This document shows positions 26,499 through 35,599 of a stretch of DNA of 64,000 bases, piece after piece. Position 1 is the first letter of the stretch; each line of letters begins with the position of its first letter. The stretch covers positions 109 to 64,108 of the forward strand of contig JAXLWJ010000031.1 in the NCBI GenBank assembly GCA_046328535.1. The letters are read 5' to 3'. A program made the position numbers and the translations under genes. This DNA is from Anaerolineae bacterium (GTDB lineage: Bacteria; Chloroflexota; Anaerolineae; Epilineales; JAHCIE01). Below the pieces are notes generated by a model. The model worked only from the letters and a program-made list of their open reading frames with translations. It had not been told where the DNA came from and did no database searches.

Positions 26499-26612
26499 AC
26501 CCTCGTCCCTCTCCCCCTTCCCCCTCTCCCAAGATGGGAGAGGGGGAAGATGAGGCCTCTTTCTGGCCCCCCTTCTCCCCGTGTGGGAGAAGGGGCGGGG
26601 GGATGAGGGACG
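26499..26612 (+). repeat. family-P bipartite hairpin element
   Basis: CTTCCCCCTCTCCC-aagat-GGGAGAGGGGGAAG (26517-26549) and CCCCTTCTCCC-cgtgt-GGGAGAAGGGG; colinear with 29849-29957. Confidence 0.75.
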
Positions 26613-26709
26613 CTGCGCCCCCTTTGACACCCCGACCCTTCTTTGATATACTCACCCCGCTCTGTTCGCGATGCCCTATAGCCCAATACGCCCCTCAAGG
26701 AGGAGACCC

Positions 26710-27981
26710 ATGCGCCCGAGTCGGCTGACCGTGCTCGCTCTGCTCCTGTCCCTGACGGCTTTCCTGGCTATCGCCTGCGGGGGACAACCGGCCGCGCCGG
26801 CCGCCCAGGCCCCCGCGCAACCGGCTGCCCAACAGGCCCCCGCTCCACCAGCCCCCGCCCAACCGCAGGCGGCCGCCGCGACCGGCGACCCGTACAAGAT
26901 CGGCGTCCTGGCCGCGATTACCGGCCCCTCGTCCTCGCTCGGCGTGCCGGAGCGAAACACTGTCCAGATGCTCGTGGACCAAATCAATGCGAAGGGTGGC
27001 GTGAAAGGCCCGGACGGGAAGACCCACCCCCTCCAGGCCGTCATCTACGACACCAAGAGCGACAACACCGAGGCGCTGGTCGCCGCCAAGAAGCTCATTG
27101 ACGAGGACAAGGTGTCGGTCATCATTGGGCCGACGCTCACCGGCGAGAGCCTCGCCATCGTGGACGCCGTCACGAAAGCCGAAATCCCCCTCATCTCGAT
27201 GGCCGCCGGCATCAAAATCGTCGAGCCGGTCGCCGACCGCAAGTGGATATTCAAGACGCCCCAGTCCGACCGCCTCGTCCTGCAGGCCATCGCCGACCAC
27301 CTCAAGCAGGGCAACCTCGACAAGGTCGCCTGGATGAGCGTGGCGACCGCCTACGGGGACGGCGGGAAGGCCGAGTGGGACGCCATCGCCCAGAAGGCGG
27401 GCCTGACCACGGTAGCGAACGAACGCTTCAACGAGACCGATACCGACATGACGGCCCAGCTCACCAAGGTCAAGGGCGCGGACCCGAAGGCGATCCTGGT
27501 CTGGGCCATCCCGCCGGCGGCGGGCGTCGTGAGCAAGAACCGCAACGAGATGGGCATGCAGACGCCCATCTTCCAGAGCCACGGCGTGGCGAATCAGGCG
27601 TTCATTGACATTGCCACGAAGCCGGGCGCCGAGGGGACGCAGCTGTACGCGGGCAAGCTGCTCGTCGCCGACCAGCTCCCCGACAACGACCCGATGAAGC
27701 CCGTCCTCCAGCAGTACATGAAGGACTACCAGGCGAAGTACAACAGCCCGCCCAGTCCCTTCGGCGGCTACGCCTACGACGCTATCGCCATCCTCACCAA
27801 AGCGATGGAGACGGCGGGGAACGACCGCGCCAAGCTGCGCGACGCCATCGAGAACACCAAGGGGTTGGTTAGCGTCAGCGGCGCGTTCAACATGAGTCCG
27901 CAGGACCACAACGGCCTCAGCCCGGCCGACGCCGTGACCTTGATCGAGATCAAGGACGGAAAGTGGACCGCTAAGAAATAG
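26710..27981 (+). CDS. ABC transporter substrate-binding protein, LivJ/branched-chain amino-acid family, lipoprotein
   Basis: AAGGAGGAG RBS; signal + IACGG lipobox; Ala/Pro/Gln linker; periplasmic_binding type I body. Confidence 0.8.
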   Translation: MRPSRLTVLALLLSLTAFLAIACGGQPAAPAAQAPAQPAAQQAPAPPAPAQPQAAAATGDPYKIGVLAAITGPSSSLGVPERNTVQMLVDQINAKGGVKGPDGKTHPLQAVIYDTKSDNTEALVAAKKLIDEDKVSVIIGPTLTGESLAIVDAVTKAEIPLISMAAGIKIVEPVADRKWIFKTPQSDRLVLQAIADHLKQGNLDKVAWMSVATAYGDGGKAEWDAIAQKAGLTTVANERFNETDTDMTAQLTKVKGADPKAILVWAIPPAAGVVSKNRNEMGMQTPIFQSHGVANQAFIDIATKPGAEGTQLYAGKLLVADQLPDNDPMKPVLQQYMKDYQAKYNSPPSPFGGYAYDAIAILTKAMETAGNDRAKLRDAIENTKGLVSVSGAFNMSPQDHNGLSPADAVTLIEIKDGKWTAKK

Positions 27982-27984
27982 CTG

Positions 27985-28869
27985 ATGCCTAGCCTGCAAC
28001 AGCTCACCCAATACTTTATCACCGGCGTGACGAACGGCAGCGTCTACGCGCTCATCGCCCTGGGCTTTGTGACCATCTTCACCGTAACCGAGGTCATCAA
28101 CTTCGCCCAGGGCGAGTTCGTCATGCTCGGCTCGATGCTGACCATCAGCATCATGCGCGTCGGCCTGCCCCTGCCGGTCGCCGCCGCGCTCGGCATCCTG
28201 CTCGTCGCGCTGCTGTCGGGCGCGTTCTACTGGACGTCCCTGCGTACCGCGCGGCGCGCCTCGCTCATCAGCCTGCTCGTCATCACCATCGGCGCGTCCA
28301 TCGTCATCCGCGGCGTGTCGCTCATCATCTGGGGCACCGAGCCGTACACCCTGGCCCCATTCACCGCCGGCGCGCCGTTGACCGTCTTCAGCGCCATCAT
28401 GCGGCTCCAGAGCGTGTGGGTGCTGGTGACGACGGTGATCGTCCTCGCGGCGACCGGCTACTTCTTCAACCGCTCCCGCACCGGGCAGGCGATGCGCGCC
28501 GTCGCCATGAACCGGCAGGCGGCCGAGATTTTCGGCATCGTCCCTAGCCACATGGCCTTCCTCGCCTTCGTCATCGCCGGCGCCATCGCCGCCATCGCCG
28601 GCGTCGTCATCGCTCCGCTCAGCTTTGCGACGTATGACATGGGGCTGGCGATGGGGCTGAAGGGATTCGCGGCGGCGGCCGTCGGCGGCCTCACCAACCC
28701 GGCCATCGCGGTCATGGGCGGCCTGTTGCTCGGCATCCTGGAGGCGTTCGGCGCGGGCCTGCTGCCCTCCGGCTACAAGGACGGCATCGCCGTCGGCATT
28801 CTGCTCGCAGTTCTCATCTACCAGGGCCTGCGCCACCGGGGGCAGTTCTGGGCCGTCGCCGAGCGTTGA
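27985..28869 (+). CDS. branched-chain amino-acid ABC permease (LivH-like)
   Basis: MPSLQQLTQYFITGVTNGSVYALIALGF..INFAQGEF. Confidence 0.85.
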   Translation: MPSLQQLTQYFITGVTNGSVYALIALGFVTIFTVTEVINFAQGEFVMLGSMLTISIMRVGLPLPVAAALGILLVALLSGAFYWTSLRTARRASLISLLVITIGASIVIRGVSLIIWGTEPYTLAPFTAGAPLTVFSAIMRLQSVWVLVTTVIVLAATGYFFNRSRTGQAMRAVAMNRQAAEIFGIVPSHMAFLAFVIAGAIAAIAGVVIAPLSFATYDMGLAMGLKGFAAAAVGGLTNPAIAVMGGLLLGILEAFGAGLLPSGYKDGIAVGILLAVLIYQGLRHRGQFWAVAER

Positions 28870-28879
28870 GGAAGGACCC

Positions 28880-29941
28880 ATGCGCGCCACTCGCCGCTTC
28901 CGCGCTGTCAATCAGATGTCCGTCCTCATCTTCCTCGCGCTGGGCGCCCTCCTGCCCCTCGTCGTCACCAGCCCCTACTGGCACAGCCTGTTCATCGTCA
29001 TCGGCCTGTATACGATGCTGGGCGTGGGCCTGGCCCTGCTCATGGGCTACGCCGGGCAGGTGTCGCTGGGGCAGCCGGCCTTCTACGGCCTGGGCGCGTA
29101 CACCGCCGCTATCCTCACCACGCGCCTGACCCTCAATCCGTGGCTGGCGCTCGTGGCCGGCATCGTCGTCGCCAGCCTCATGGCGGTGCTCATCGGCGTC
29201 CCGCTGTTCTACCTGCGCGGCCACGCCCTGGCGATGGGGACACTGGCCCTGACGCTCATTTTCTACGTCCTGGTCAACGAGACGGTGGCCCTCACCCTCG
29301 GCCCCAGCGGCATCACCGGCATTCCCACGCTGACCATCGGCCCCTTCGCCTTCGACAGTGACGTGCGCTACTACTACCTCGTCCTCGTCGCCGTGAGCGC
29401 GGTCCTGTTCGTCTCACTGCGCCTCGTCAACTCCCATATCGGCCGCGCCCTGCGCGCGATCCGCGACTCCGAGCTGGCCGCCGAGACGATGGGGGTGGAC
29501 ACGGCGCGGCACAAGCGCCTCGTCTTCATCATCGCCGCCGCCTTCGCGGGCCTGGCCGGTGGGCTGTACGCCTTCTATCTTCACTTCGTCAGCCCGCCGC
29601 CGTTCAGCTTCGGCCTGTCGGCGGTGCTGATTACGATGGTGGTGGTGGGGGGTCTCGCCAGTGTGTGGGGGTCTATGGTGGGGGTGGCCGCGGTCACGCT
29701 GCTCACCGAGGCGATCCGCTCGCTGGCCGCGCCGCTGGCCGGGCAGTCGTCGGCGGAGTATCAGATCGTGGTCTACGGGCTGCTGTTGATGGTAATCATG
29801 ATCTTCTTCCCCGACGGGCTGGGGCGGACGATCATTGACCGTGTCGCGGCCTCGTCCCTCTCCCCCGGCCCCTCTCCCAAAATGGGCGAGGGGGGGCCAG
29901 AGAGTTCCCCCCCTTCCTCCCGTGCTGGGAGGAAGGGGTAG
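28880..29941 (+). CDS. branched-chain amino-acid ABC permease (LivM-like) with repeat-derived C-terminal extension
   Basis: LGYAGQVSLGQPAFYGLGAY motif; last about 35 codons (..SLSPGPSPKMGEGGPESSPPSSRAGRKG) are encoded by a family-P element. Confidence 0.8.
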   Translation: MRATRRFRAVNQMSVLIFLALGALLPLVVTSPYWHSLFIVIGLYTMLGVGLALLMGYAGQVSLGQPAFYGLGAYTAAILTTRLTLNPWLALVAGIVVASLMAVLIGVPLFYLRGHALAMGTLALTLIFYVLVNETVALTLGPSGITGIPTLTIGPFAFDSDVRYYYLVLVAVSAVLFVSLRLVNSHIGRALRAIRDSELAAETMGVDTARHKRLVFIIAAAFAGLAGGLYAFYLHFVSPPPFSFGLSAVLITMVVVGGLASVWGSMVGVAAVTLLTEAIRSLAAPLAGQSSAEYQIVVYGLLLMVIMIFFPDGLGRTIIDRVAASSLSPGPSPKMGEGGPESSPPSSRAGRKG

Positions 29942-29957
29942 GGGGATGGAGGGCGGG
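29849..29957 (+). repeat. family-P bipartite hairpin element overlapping 3' end of LivM-like gene
   Basis: CCCCTCTCCC-aaaat-GGGCGAGGGGG and CCCCCTTCCTCCC-gtgct-GGGAGGAAGGGG. Confidence 0.75.
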
Positions 29958-30671
29958 TCACTCCTTGCGCAGGCTGTAGCCGAAGCCGCGGTCCGTCAGG
30001 ACGTACTCCGGGTTGCTCGGGTCGTCCTCGATCTTCTGGCGCAGGTACCAGACGTAGCGCTTGATGTAGTCCGTGTCGCCGAGGTACTCGTCGCCCCAGA
30101 CGCGGGAGAGGAGCTGCTCGCGCGACACCACCCGCCCCGGCGTCTCGGCCAGCACGGCCAGGAGCTTGTACTCCGTCGGCGTCAGGTTGAGGATCTCGCC
30201 GTTCTTGGTGACGCGGCGGTTCTCCAGGTCCACGACCAGGTCGCCGACGCGATGCTCGCGGCGGATGCGCACCGGCGCCACCTGCCGCGCGCGGTTGAGG
30301 ACGGCGCCAACGCGCGCCGTCAGCTCGCTAAAGCTGAACGGCTTGGTGACGTAGTCGTCCACGCCGGCGGCGAACCCGCGCAGCTTGTCCGCCTCCTCGT
30401 CCTTCGCCGTCAGCATGATGACCGGAATGTGGGACACCTCGCGGATGCGGGAGACCGTCTCCCAGCCGTCCATGCGCGGCATCATCACGTCCAGCACGAT
30501 CAAATCGGGCCGATGCTCGTACATCTGCTGCAAGCCGGCCAGCCCGTTGGCCGCCGTCTGCACGGTGTAGCCGGCGCGCTCCAGGGATTGGCGAAGCAGC
30601 ACCAACAACGTCGAATCGTCGTCAATGACGAGAACCTGGGCGCCTAATTTAGTGGTTTGAGTTGCAATCAT
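29958..30671 (-). CDS. OmpR/PhoB-family response regulator
   Basis: Receiver DLIVLDVMMPRMDG; winged-helix C-term LTPTEYKLLAVLA...GFGY. Confidence 0.9.
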   Translation of the reverse strand: MIATQTTKLGAQVLVIDDDSTLLVLLRQSLERAGYTVQTAANGLAGLQQMYEHRPDLIVLDVMMPRMDGWETVSRIREVSHIPVIMLTAKDEEADKLRGFAAGVDDYVTKPFSFSELTARVGAVLNRARQVAPVRIRREHRVGDLVVDLENRRVTKNGEILNLTPTEYKLLAVLAETPGRVVSREQLLSRVWGDEYLGDTDYIKRYVWYLRQKIEDDPSNPEYVLTDRGFGYSLRKE

Positions 30672-31828
30672 GGCACGCTCCGTTGTGAGCCATTTGAGAG
30701 TCGCGAATAAGCCGGCGAAGAGGCCGCCGCGACCTGCGCCGCCTCGGCCTCGGCCTGCAGGGCGGCGGCGTGCGGGCCGTCGGCCGTGGGCAGGGTGAAG
30801 TAGAACGTAGACCCCTCGCCCTCGGTGCTTTCGACCCAGATGCGCCCGCCGAGCGCCTCCACCAGCGCCCGCGCAATGTACAGCCCCAGGCCGTGGCCGT
30901 ATGTCTCCCGGTCGTCGCCCTGTTCCACACGGTGGAACTTCTCGAAGATGCGGTGGATCTGCTGGGTGGGAATGCCGACCCCGCGGTCGCTCACTGCAAT
31001 CACCACCTCATCCTCGACGATTGAACCCTGAACGACGACCAAAGACGACGGCTCGGAATATTTCAGCGCATTGTCAATCAGATTTGTCAACACTTCCTCG
31101 ACCCGGTCCGCGTCGGCCCACGCCACCAGCGGCCTGGCCGGTAGCATGACGTCCACGCTGCGGGTCGAGATACTCCCTGTATTTTGCGCCACCCGGCAGA
31201 CAAGAGCGCTCACGTCCACGTTCTCCTGGCGGAGCTGAAGCCGCCCCGCCTCGATCCGCGAGACGTTGAGGATGCCCTGAACCAGGCGCGTCAGGCGCTG
31301 CGTCTGCTCGCCGATGATCTGGAGCATGGTGCGCTGATGCGGGTCCAGCACGCCATCCAGCATGAGCAGCTCGACCGCGCCGTTGATGTTGGTCAGCGGC
31401 GCGCGCAGTTCGTGGCTGACCATCGAGACGAACTCCGACTTGAGGCGGTCTAGCTCGGTCAGCTCCTGATTCGCCAGCTCCAGCTCCTCATTGCGGTCCT
31501 GAAGCTGCTGCAAGGCGTCGCGGAGTTGGCCGGTGCGCTGCGTGACTCGCTCCTCAAGCTCGCGGTTGAGCAGGCGGATCTGCTCCTCCGCCGCCTCCTG
31601 CCGCCGCAGGTTCGCCGCGATCCACGTCAGCACCCACCACGTCACCATCGGCCCGATGAGGCCGTAGACGAGGACGCTCGTGGTGAAGCGCGCGTTGGGG
31701 CCGAGCGGGTCTATGAAGCGCTGCTCGATCAGCAACTCGCCGACGACGAAGAGCAGGATGAGAATGGGCAGCCCCCAACGCAGGCGCTCGACAATCTGGA
31801 TAGGCCGCGTATTGGGTAGGAAGGGCAT
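30668..31828 (-). CDS. sensor histidine kinase
   Basis: 2 TM + coiled coil; H-box FVSMVSHELRAPLTNI; N/G boxes NLIDNALKY, DRGVGIP, GHGLGLYIA. Confidence 0.9.
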   Translation of the reverse strand: MPFLPNTRPIQIVERLRWGLPILILLFVVGELLIEQRFIDPLGPNARFTTSVLVYGLIGPMVTWWVLTWIAANLRRQEAAEEQIRLLNRELEERVTQRTGQLRDALQQLQDRNEELELANQELTELDRLKSEFVSMVSHELRAPLTNINGAVELLMLDGVLDPHQRTMLQIIGEQTQRLTRLVQGILNVSRIEAGRLQLRQENVDVSALVCRVAQNTGSISTRSVDVMLPARPLVAWADADRVEEVLTNLIDNALKYSEPSSLVVVQGSIVEDEVVIAVSDRGVGIPTQQIHRIFEKFHRVEQGDDRETYGHGLGLYIARALVEALGGRIWVESTEGEGSTFYFTLPTADGPHAAALQAEAEAAQVAAASSPAYSRLSNGSQRSVP

Positions 31829-32077
31829 TGTCTCCGTACTCGCAATCGTTTTCGTCTGACCACCACAATTATAGCCGACCGTAAGGAGGCGAACAAGACC
31901 CTCATCTTTCCTTAAGATTTGGGTGTCAAGGTGTGAATTTTTCGGGACCCGGCGCGGCCGACGATGACGAACCCACAGCGCCTGTAATTAGTTGCGCCGG
32001 TGCGCCCTATCACCCCTATATAGCCCAAAGTCGGCCAAACTGCCACGGGCGACTTGTACACAAGAACATCCGTGCCA

Positions 32078-32106
32078 TTGCGTCGAATTCGAATCTGGGC
32101 TACAAT
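32078..32106 (+). promoter_or_regulatory. candidate sigma70 promoter (TTGCGT-17-TACAAT) about 250 nt upstream of dnaA
   Basis: ccaTTGCGTcgaattcgaatctgggcTACAATgtgg. Confidence 0.45.
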
Positions 32107-32309
32107 GTGGCTCCACAGTACGCAGACCCCTGCCCACTCGGGTTCTCCCTGCTCAAAGGGACACGCAAAACCCGCCTTCCGTGTCATCCATGATGACAAG
32201 CCCAGGGCGACTGCGCGGCAGATACGCACTCAATCCCGTTTCACCTCTGTCGTTCGCGGCAATCTTTGCTGTACATGCCGCCGTGTGTCTTTTTGTGTCT
32301 TTTTCGGGC

Positions 32310-32337
32310 GCGACTCTCTGATCCGAGTCGCTATTTT
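32310..32337 (+). terminator. terminator-like hairpin + T-run in dnaA leader
   Basis: GCGACTC-tctgatcc-GAGTCGC followed by TATTTT; preceded by direct repeat GTGTCTTTTT x2. Confidence 0.35.
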
Positions 32338-32355
32338 GGCACAGAGTTAGGCTTT

Positions 32356-33729
32356 ATGAGCGCTATGTCCTCACATCAGACCCCCGACGAATTGTGGCAA
32401 GCCGCCCTGGGCGACCTCGAGCTGAGCGTCACGGCGGCGACGTATGACACATGGCTGCGGCCCACGCGCGCTATCGGCTTTGACGGCGACCTTCTGCTCA
32501 TCAGTACGCCCAATGCGTATGGCAAAGACTGGATTGAGAACCGCCTCGGCGCCGAAGTGCGCCGCGCCATCAGCCGCATCGCGTGCCGCCCCCTCGACTT
32601 CCGCGTCGTTGTCAGCGCCAGCAGCGCCAACGGGAACCGCCCCATCGAGTCGCGCTCGACCGGCGAGAACGGGAGTAAGCCTCACACCCCCAAGCCCAGC
32701 CAGGCGACCCTCACCCTCGAGCGTCCCGAGCTAAACGCCAAGTACACCTTCGCCAACTTCATCGTCGGCGACAGCAACAAACTCGCCGTGGCCGCCGCGA
32801 GCGCGGTCGCCGAAAGCCCCGCCAGCCGCTTCAACCCGCTGTTCCTCTACGGCGGGGTCGGGCTAGGCAAGACCCATCTCCTGCAAGCCATCGGCCACCA
32901 CCTGGCGGCCCGCCGCTACCGCGTGCGCTACGTGACGACCGAGACGTTCACGAACGACCTGGTCGGCGCGATCCGCACCCAGACCCAGGAAGAGTTCCGC
33001 AACCGCTACCGCCAGGTGGACGTCCTCCTGCTGGACGACATCCAGTTCCTCATCGGAAAGGAAATGACCCAGGAAGAGGTCTTCCACACGTTCAACGCCA
33101 TGCACGGCGCCAACCGCCAGATCGTCATCTCCAGCGACCGCCGGCCCCACGCTCTGATGCCCCTGGAAGCGCGCCTGCGCTCCCGCTTCGAGGCCGGTCT
33201 CGTCGCCGATATCCAGCCGCCGGACCTGGAGATGCGCATCGCCATCCTCAAGTCCCACGCCGAGGCGAAACACCTCGCCGTCTCGGACGACGTGCTCCAG
33301 ATCATCGCCCAGCGTGTGCAGAGCAACATCCGCGAGCTGGAGGGCGCGCTCGTGCAGGTCGTCGGCCGGACGCAGCTCACCCACGAACCGCTGACCGTTC
33401 AGACGGCGCAGCGCATCCTGAGCGCCGACGTCGCCCGGCCGGCGCCGGGCATGGACGTCATCCTCGAAGCTGTGGCCGAACACTACCGCGTCTCCCTGGA
33501 GGAGATGCTGAGCAGCAAGCGCACCCAGCGCATCGTCACCCCGCGCCACGTCGCCATGTACCTCATGCGCGAGGACGGGCGCGCGTCTCTACCCCAGATC
33601 GGGCTGAAGCTGCGCCGCGACCACACCACCGTGCTCCACGGCATCGAGCGAATCGCGCAGCAGGAGGAGACCAACGAGGCCTTGCGCAAGGACATCATCG
33701 CTATCCGCGAGCGCCTTTTCCGCCGCTGA
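32356..33729 (+). CDS. dnaA: chromosomal replication initiator protein DnaA
   Basis: N-term ..LWQAALGDLEL...TYDTWL; Walker A GGVGLGKTHLLQAIG; Walker B LLLDDIQF; sensor/Arg finger; C-term DNA-binding ..RHVAMYLMRE...SLPQIGLKLRRDHTTVLHG. Confidence 0.97.
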   Translation: MSAMSSHQTPDELWQAALGDLELSVTAATYDTWLRPTRAIGFDGDLLLISTPNAYGKDWIENRLGAEVRRAISRIACRPLDFRVVVSASSANGNRPIESRSTGENGSKPHTPKPSQATLTLERPELNAKYTFANFIVGDSNKLAVAAASAVAESPASRFNPLFLYGGVGLGKTHLLQAIGHHLAARRYRVRYVTTETFTNDLVGAIRTQTQEEFRNRYRQVDVLLLDDIQFLIGKEMTQEEVFHTFNAMHGANRQIVISSDRRPHALMPLEARLRSRFEAGLVADIQPPDLEMRIAILKSHAEAKHLAVSDDVLQIIAQRVQSNIRELEGALVQVVGRTQLTHEPLTVQTAQRILSADVARPAPGMDVILEAVAEHYRVSLEEMLSSKRTQRIVTPRHVAMYLMREDGRASLPQIGLKLRRDHTTVLHGIERIAQQEETNEALRKDIIAIRERLFRR

Positions 33730-33789
33730 GGCGCTCGCCGAAGTTCACGCCTAAACCCAGCCGGTTGTCCCGCGCCCCCAAATAGCAGA

Positions 33790-34250
33790 GCCTTCCCCGC
33801 GCCTGTGGATAACCCCTTAAAGTATGGGGAAAACTGCCGCCAGGTGGGGATAACATATCCCCGCCTGGCGCTATTATGTCTTGTGGACGGCCCTGGGGAT
33901 AATGGGCGCGCAGCCCCCCGCGGCATCCCCACAATCCCCAGCCGGTTCTCCTCAGCCGGGCGCCCCCTTGTGCCGCGGCCGCGAACGCGCCCCTACCGGT
34001 GGCGCGGCCCGGACAAGCGCCGTTCGGTGTGGACCACCTGTCCGGCGCTATCCACAGACAACGCCGGTCCACAGGGTGGGCGCTGGCGGCCGTGCCACAA
34101 CCGGCGCGTTCCCCGCGCGAGCGGGCGCGGCTATGTTGCGGCGTTGCCGCCCGCTCGCGCCGTTATCCACATTTCCCAAGCCCCTACGACGACTACATTT
34201 TTAATGAATCATCATGATCGAATGAAGATTCTTTCCCGCCCCGTGCAGCT
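33790..34250. other. candidate oriC: DnaA-box cluster plus AT-rich unwinding region
   Basis: Perfect boxes TGTGGATAA (33804-33812) and TTATCCACA (34163-34171); 1-mismatch boxes TGGGGATAA (33845-33853, 33894-33902), CTATCCACA (34048-34056); AT-rich catttttaatgaatcatcatgatcgaatgaagattctttc (about 34195-34236). Confidence 0.8.
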
Positions 34251-34295
34251 TTCACCACAGACGGATGAGGAATCCACTATAGTAGAGCGCGAAGA

Positions 34296-34340
34296 TTTGT
34301 GGTATAATGCTATTGGCGCACTGCGTCATTATACCACAAA
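34296..34340 (+). promoter_or_regulatory. extended -10 promoter (TGgTATAAT, 34300-34308) embedded in a perfect 14-bp inverted repeat TTTGTGGTATAATG / CATTATACCACAAA
   Basis: IR arms 34296-34309 and 34327-34340, 17-nt spacer; about 110 nt upstream of ATG 34421. Confidence 0.45.
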
Positions 34341-34420
34341 TCTGTGGTACGTGCGCTACGCTGCGATGCTCGACCCCATTCACTCGACACAAATGCGCAG
34401 CCAAAACATAGGAATTCACT

Positions 34421-35185
34421 ATGGACGTGAAACCCATTCGGCAGTTGAAACAAAACGTGACGGACGCGCCTAAGAAGAGCGTCAAGCTCGCGCAACACAC
34501 GGCTCACACAACCTTCCGCATCACGATCGGCTCTATCGTCACCACGGAGCAGGAATCGGTGCGCGCGGTTCGGGCGGTGATTCGGCGCGGTCGTGGTCAC
34601 CCGCCCGAGTGGCGCGGTCGTTGGCCGCGCCGCCTGCGCCGCCAGAGCGAGCGCGACTTCGAGAAGTACATCGAGGATTACGTCAGATACCTCCTTCAGA
34701 TCCGTCGGATGCCGACGCTCACTGAGGTCAAGCAGCTCGAAGAAACCATCGGCCGCCTCATGCAGGCCCTGGACCAGGTGATCGAGGAGAAGACGCGCGT
34801 CAAGGCGGAGCACGCCGGCGAGGTTCCGTCGGAGTGGCTCGAGGAGATGGCCGCCATGCTCGGCCGCAAGCCGCGCCCGAGCGACATCCCCGCGGCGCCG
34901 CCGCCCCTCGTCAGCGCGCCGCCGCCCGTCGGCGATCCTACGCCCGTTGCGGACGGCGCGCCGGCGCGCGCTGACGGGACAAGCGCCCAGGCGGCCAAGT
35001 CGGTCCCTCGCATGAAGGAGCCGTTCCCCGGCTACCGGACCCTGTCTGCGCCCCAGATTCTGATGCAGATACCCGCCCTGACGCCGCAGCAGCTGCGGCA
35101 CGTGCAGCAGTATGAAGAGCGGCACCATCGGCGCATCACCATCCTGCGCGCCGTCGAATCGCAGCTCGCCGCGCTGGGCGCGTAG
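34421..35185 (+). CDS. hypothetical protein adjacent to oriC
   Basis: 254-aa ORF, charged coiled-coil-like middle, Pro/Ala-rich linker, conserved-looking C-terminal PGYRTLSAPQILMQIPALTPQQLRHVQQYEERHHRRITILRAVESQL. Confidence 0.5.
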   Translation: MDVKPIRQLKQNVTDAPKKSVKLAQHTAHTTFRITIGSIVTTEQESVRAVRAVIRRGRGHPPEWRGRWPRRLRRQSERDFEKYIEDYVRYLLQIRRMPTLTEVKQLEETIGRLMQALDQVIEEKTRVKAEHAGEVPSEWLEEMAAMLGRKPRPSDIPAAPPPLVSAPPPVGDPTPVADGAPARADGTSAQAAKSVPRMKEPFPGYRTLSAPQILMQIPALTPQQLRHVQQYEERHHRRITILRAVESQLAALGA

Positions 35186-35211
35186 TCTGAAGAGGTCCTG
35201 TCGCGCCGAGT

Positions 35212-35392
35212 TAGTGCAAGGACACCGGACCTGATAGGCTATCCAGGCCCGCCTGCCCGTCGAACGGGCAGGCTACGACAGGCAAGCCTGAGAGGCTCCC
35301 TCTTAGCCCCTCGGGCTTCCATCCCGTAGCGCGACGCTCGAAGCGTCGCGCGGGCGCACGATGCCGAACATGTCCTCTGATTATGCATTAGG
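35212..35392 (+). repeat. family-S structured element, copy B
   Basis: 27 nt after stop of 34421-35185; colinear with copy A over full length. Confidence 0.8.
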
Positions 35393-35599
35393 AAGGCGTT
35401 CCGAGAAGAAAATCCAATAGACGCACAAGCCACCCGCCTCGAGTTCCGTGGCGGACCGGTCTGCCACATGACTCGGGACAGCGTGTCTCGGGGGGACAAC
35501 GATGCTGGCCGGGGGCGGATACCATCTAGAGCAGGTTCTCAGCCGCGCTGGTTGCAGCGATATGCGCGGAGGGGGAATCTGCTTTTTTTGCGTCCCGTG

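Noticed and set aside
26695-28911. 738-aa minus-strand ORF across the LivJ/LivH genes
   Set aside because: Shadow ORF with repetitive D/G/R/E composition. The plus strand encodes recognisable SBP and permease proteins.
31829-32355. oriC or rpmH upstream of dnaA
   Set aside because: Only weak DnaA-box-like sequences (for example TTGTACACA). No L34-like short ORF on either strand. The strong box cluster is downstream of dnaA.
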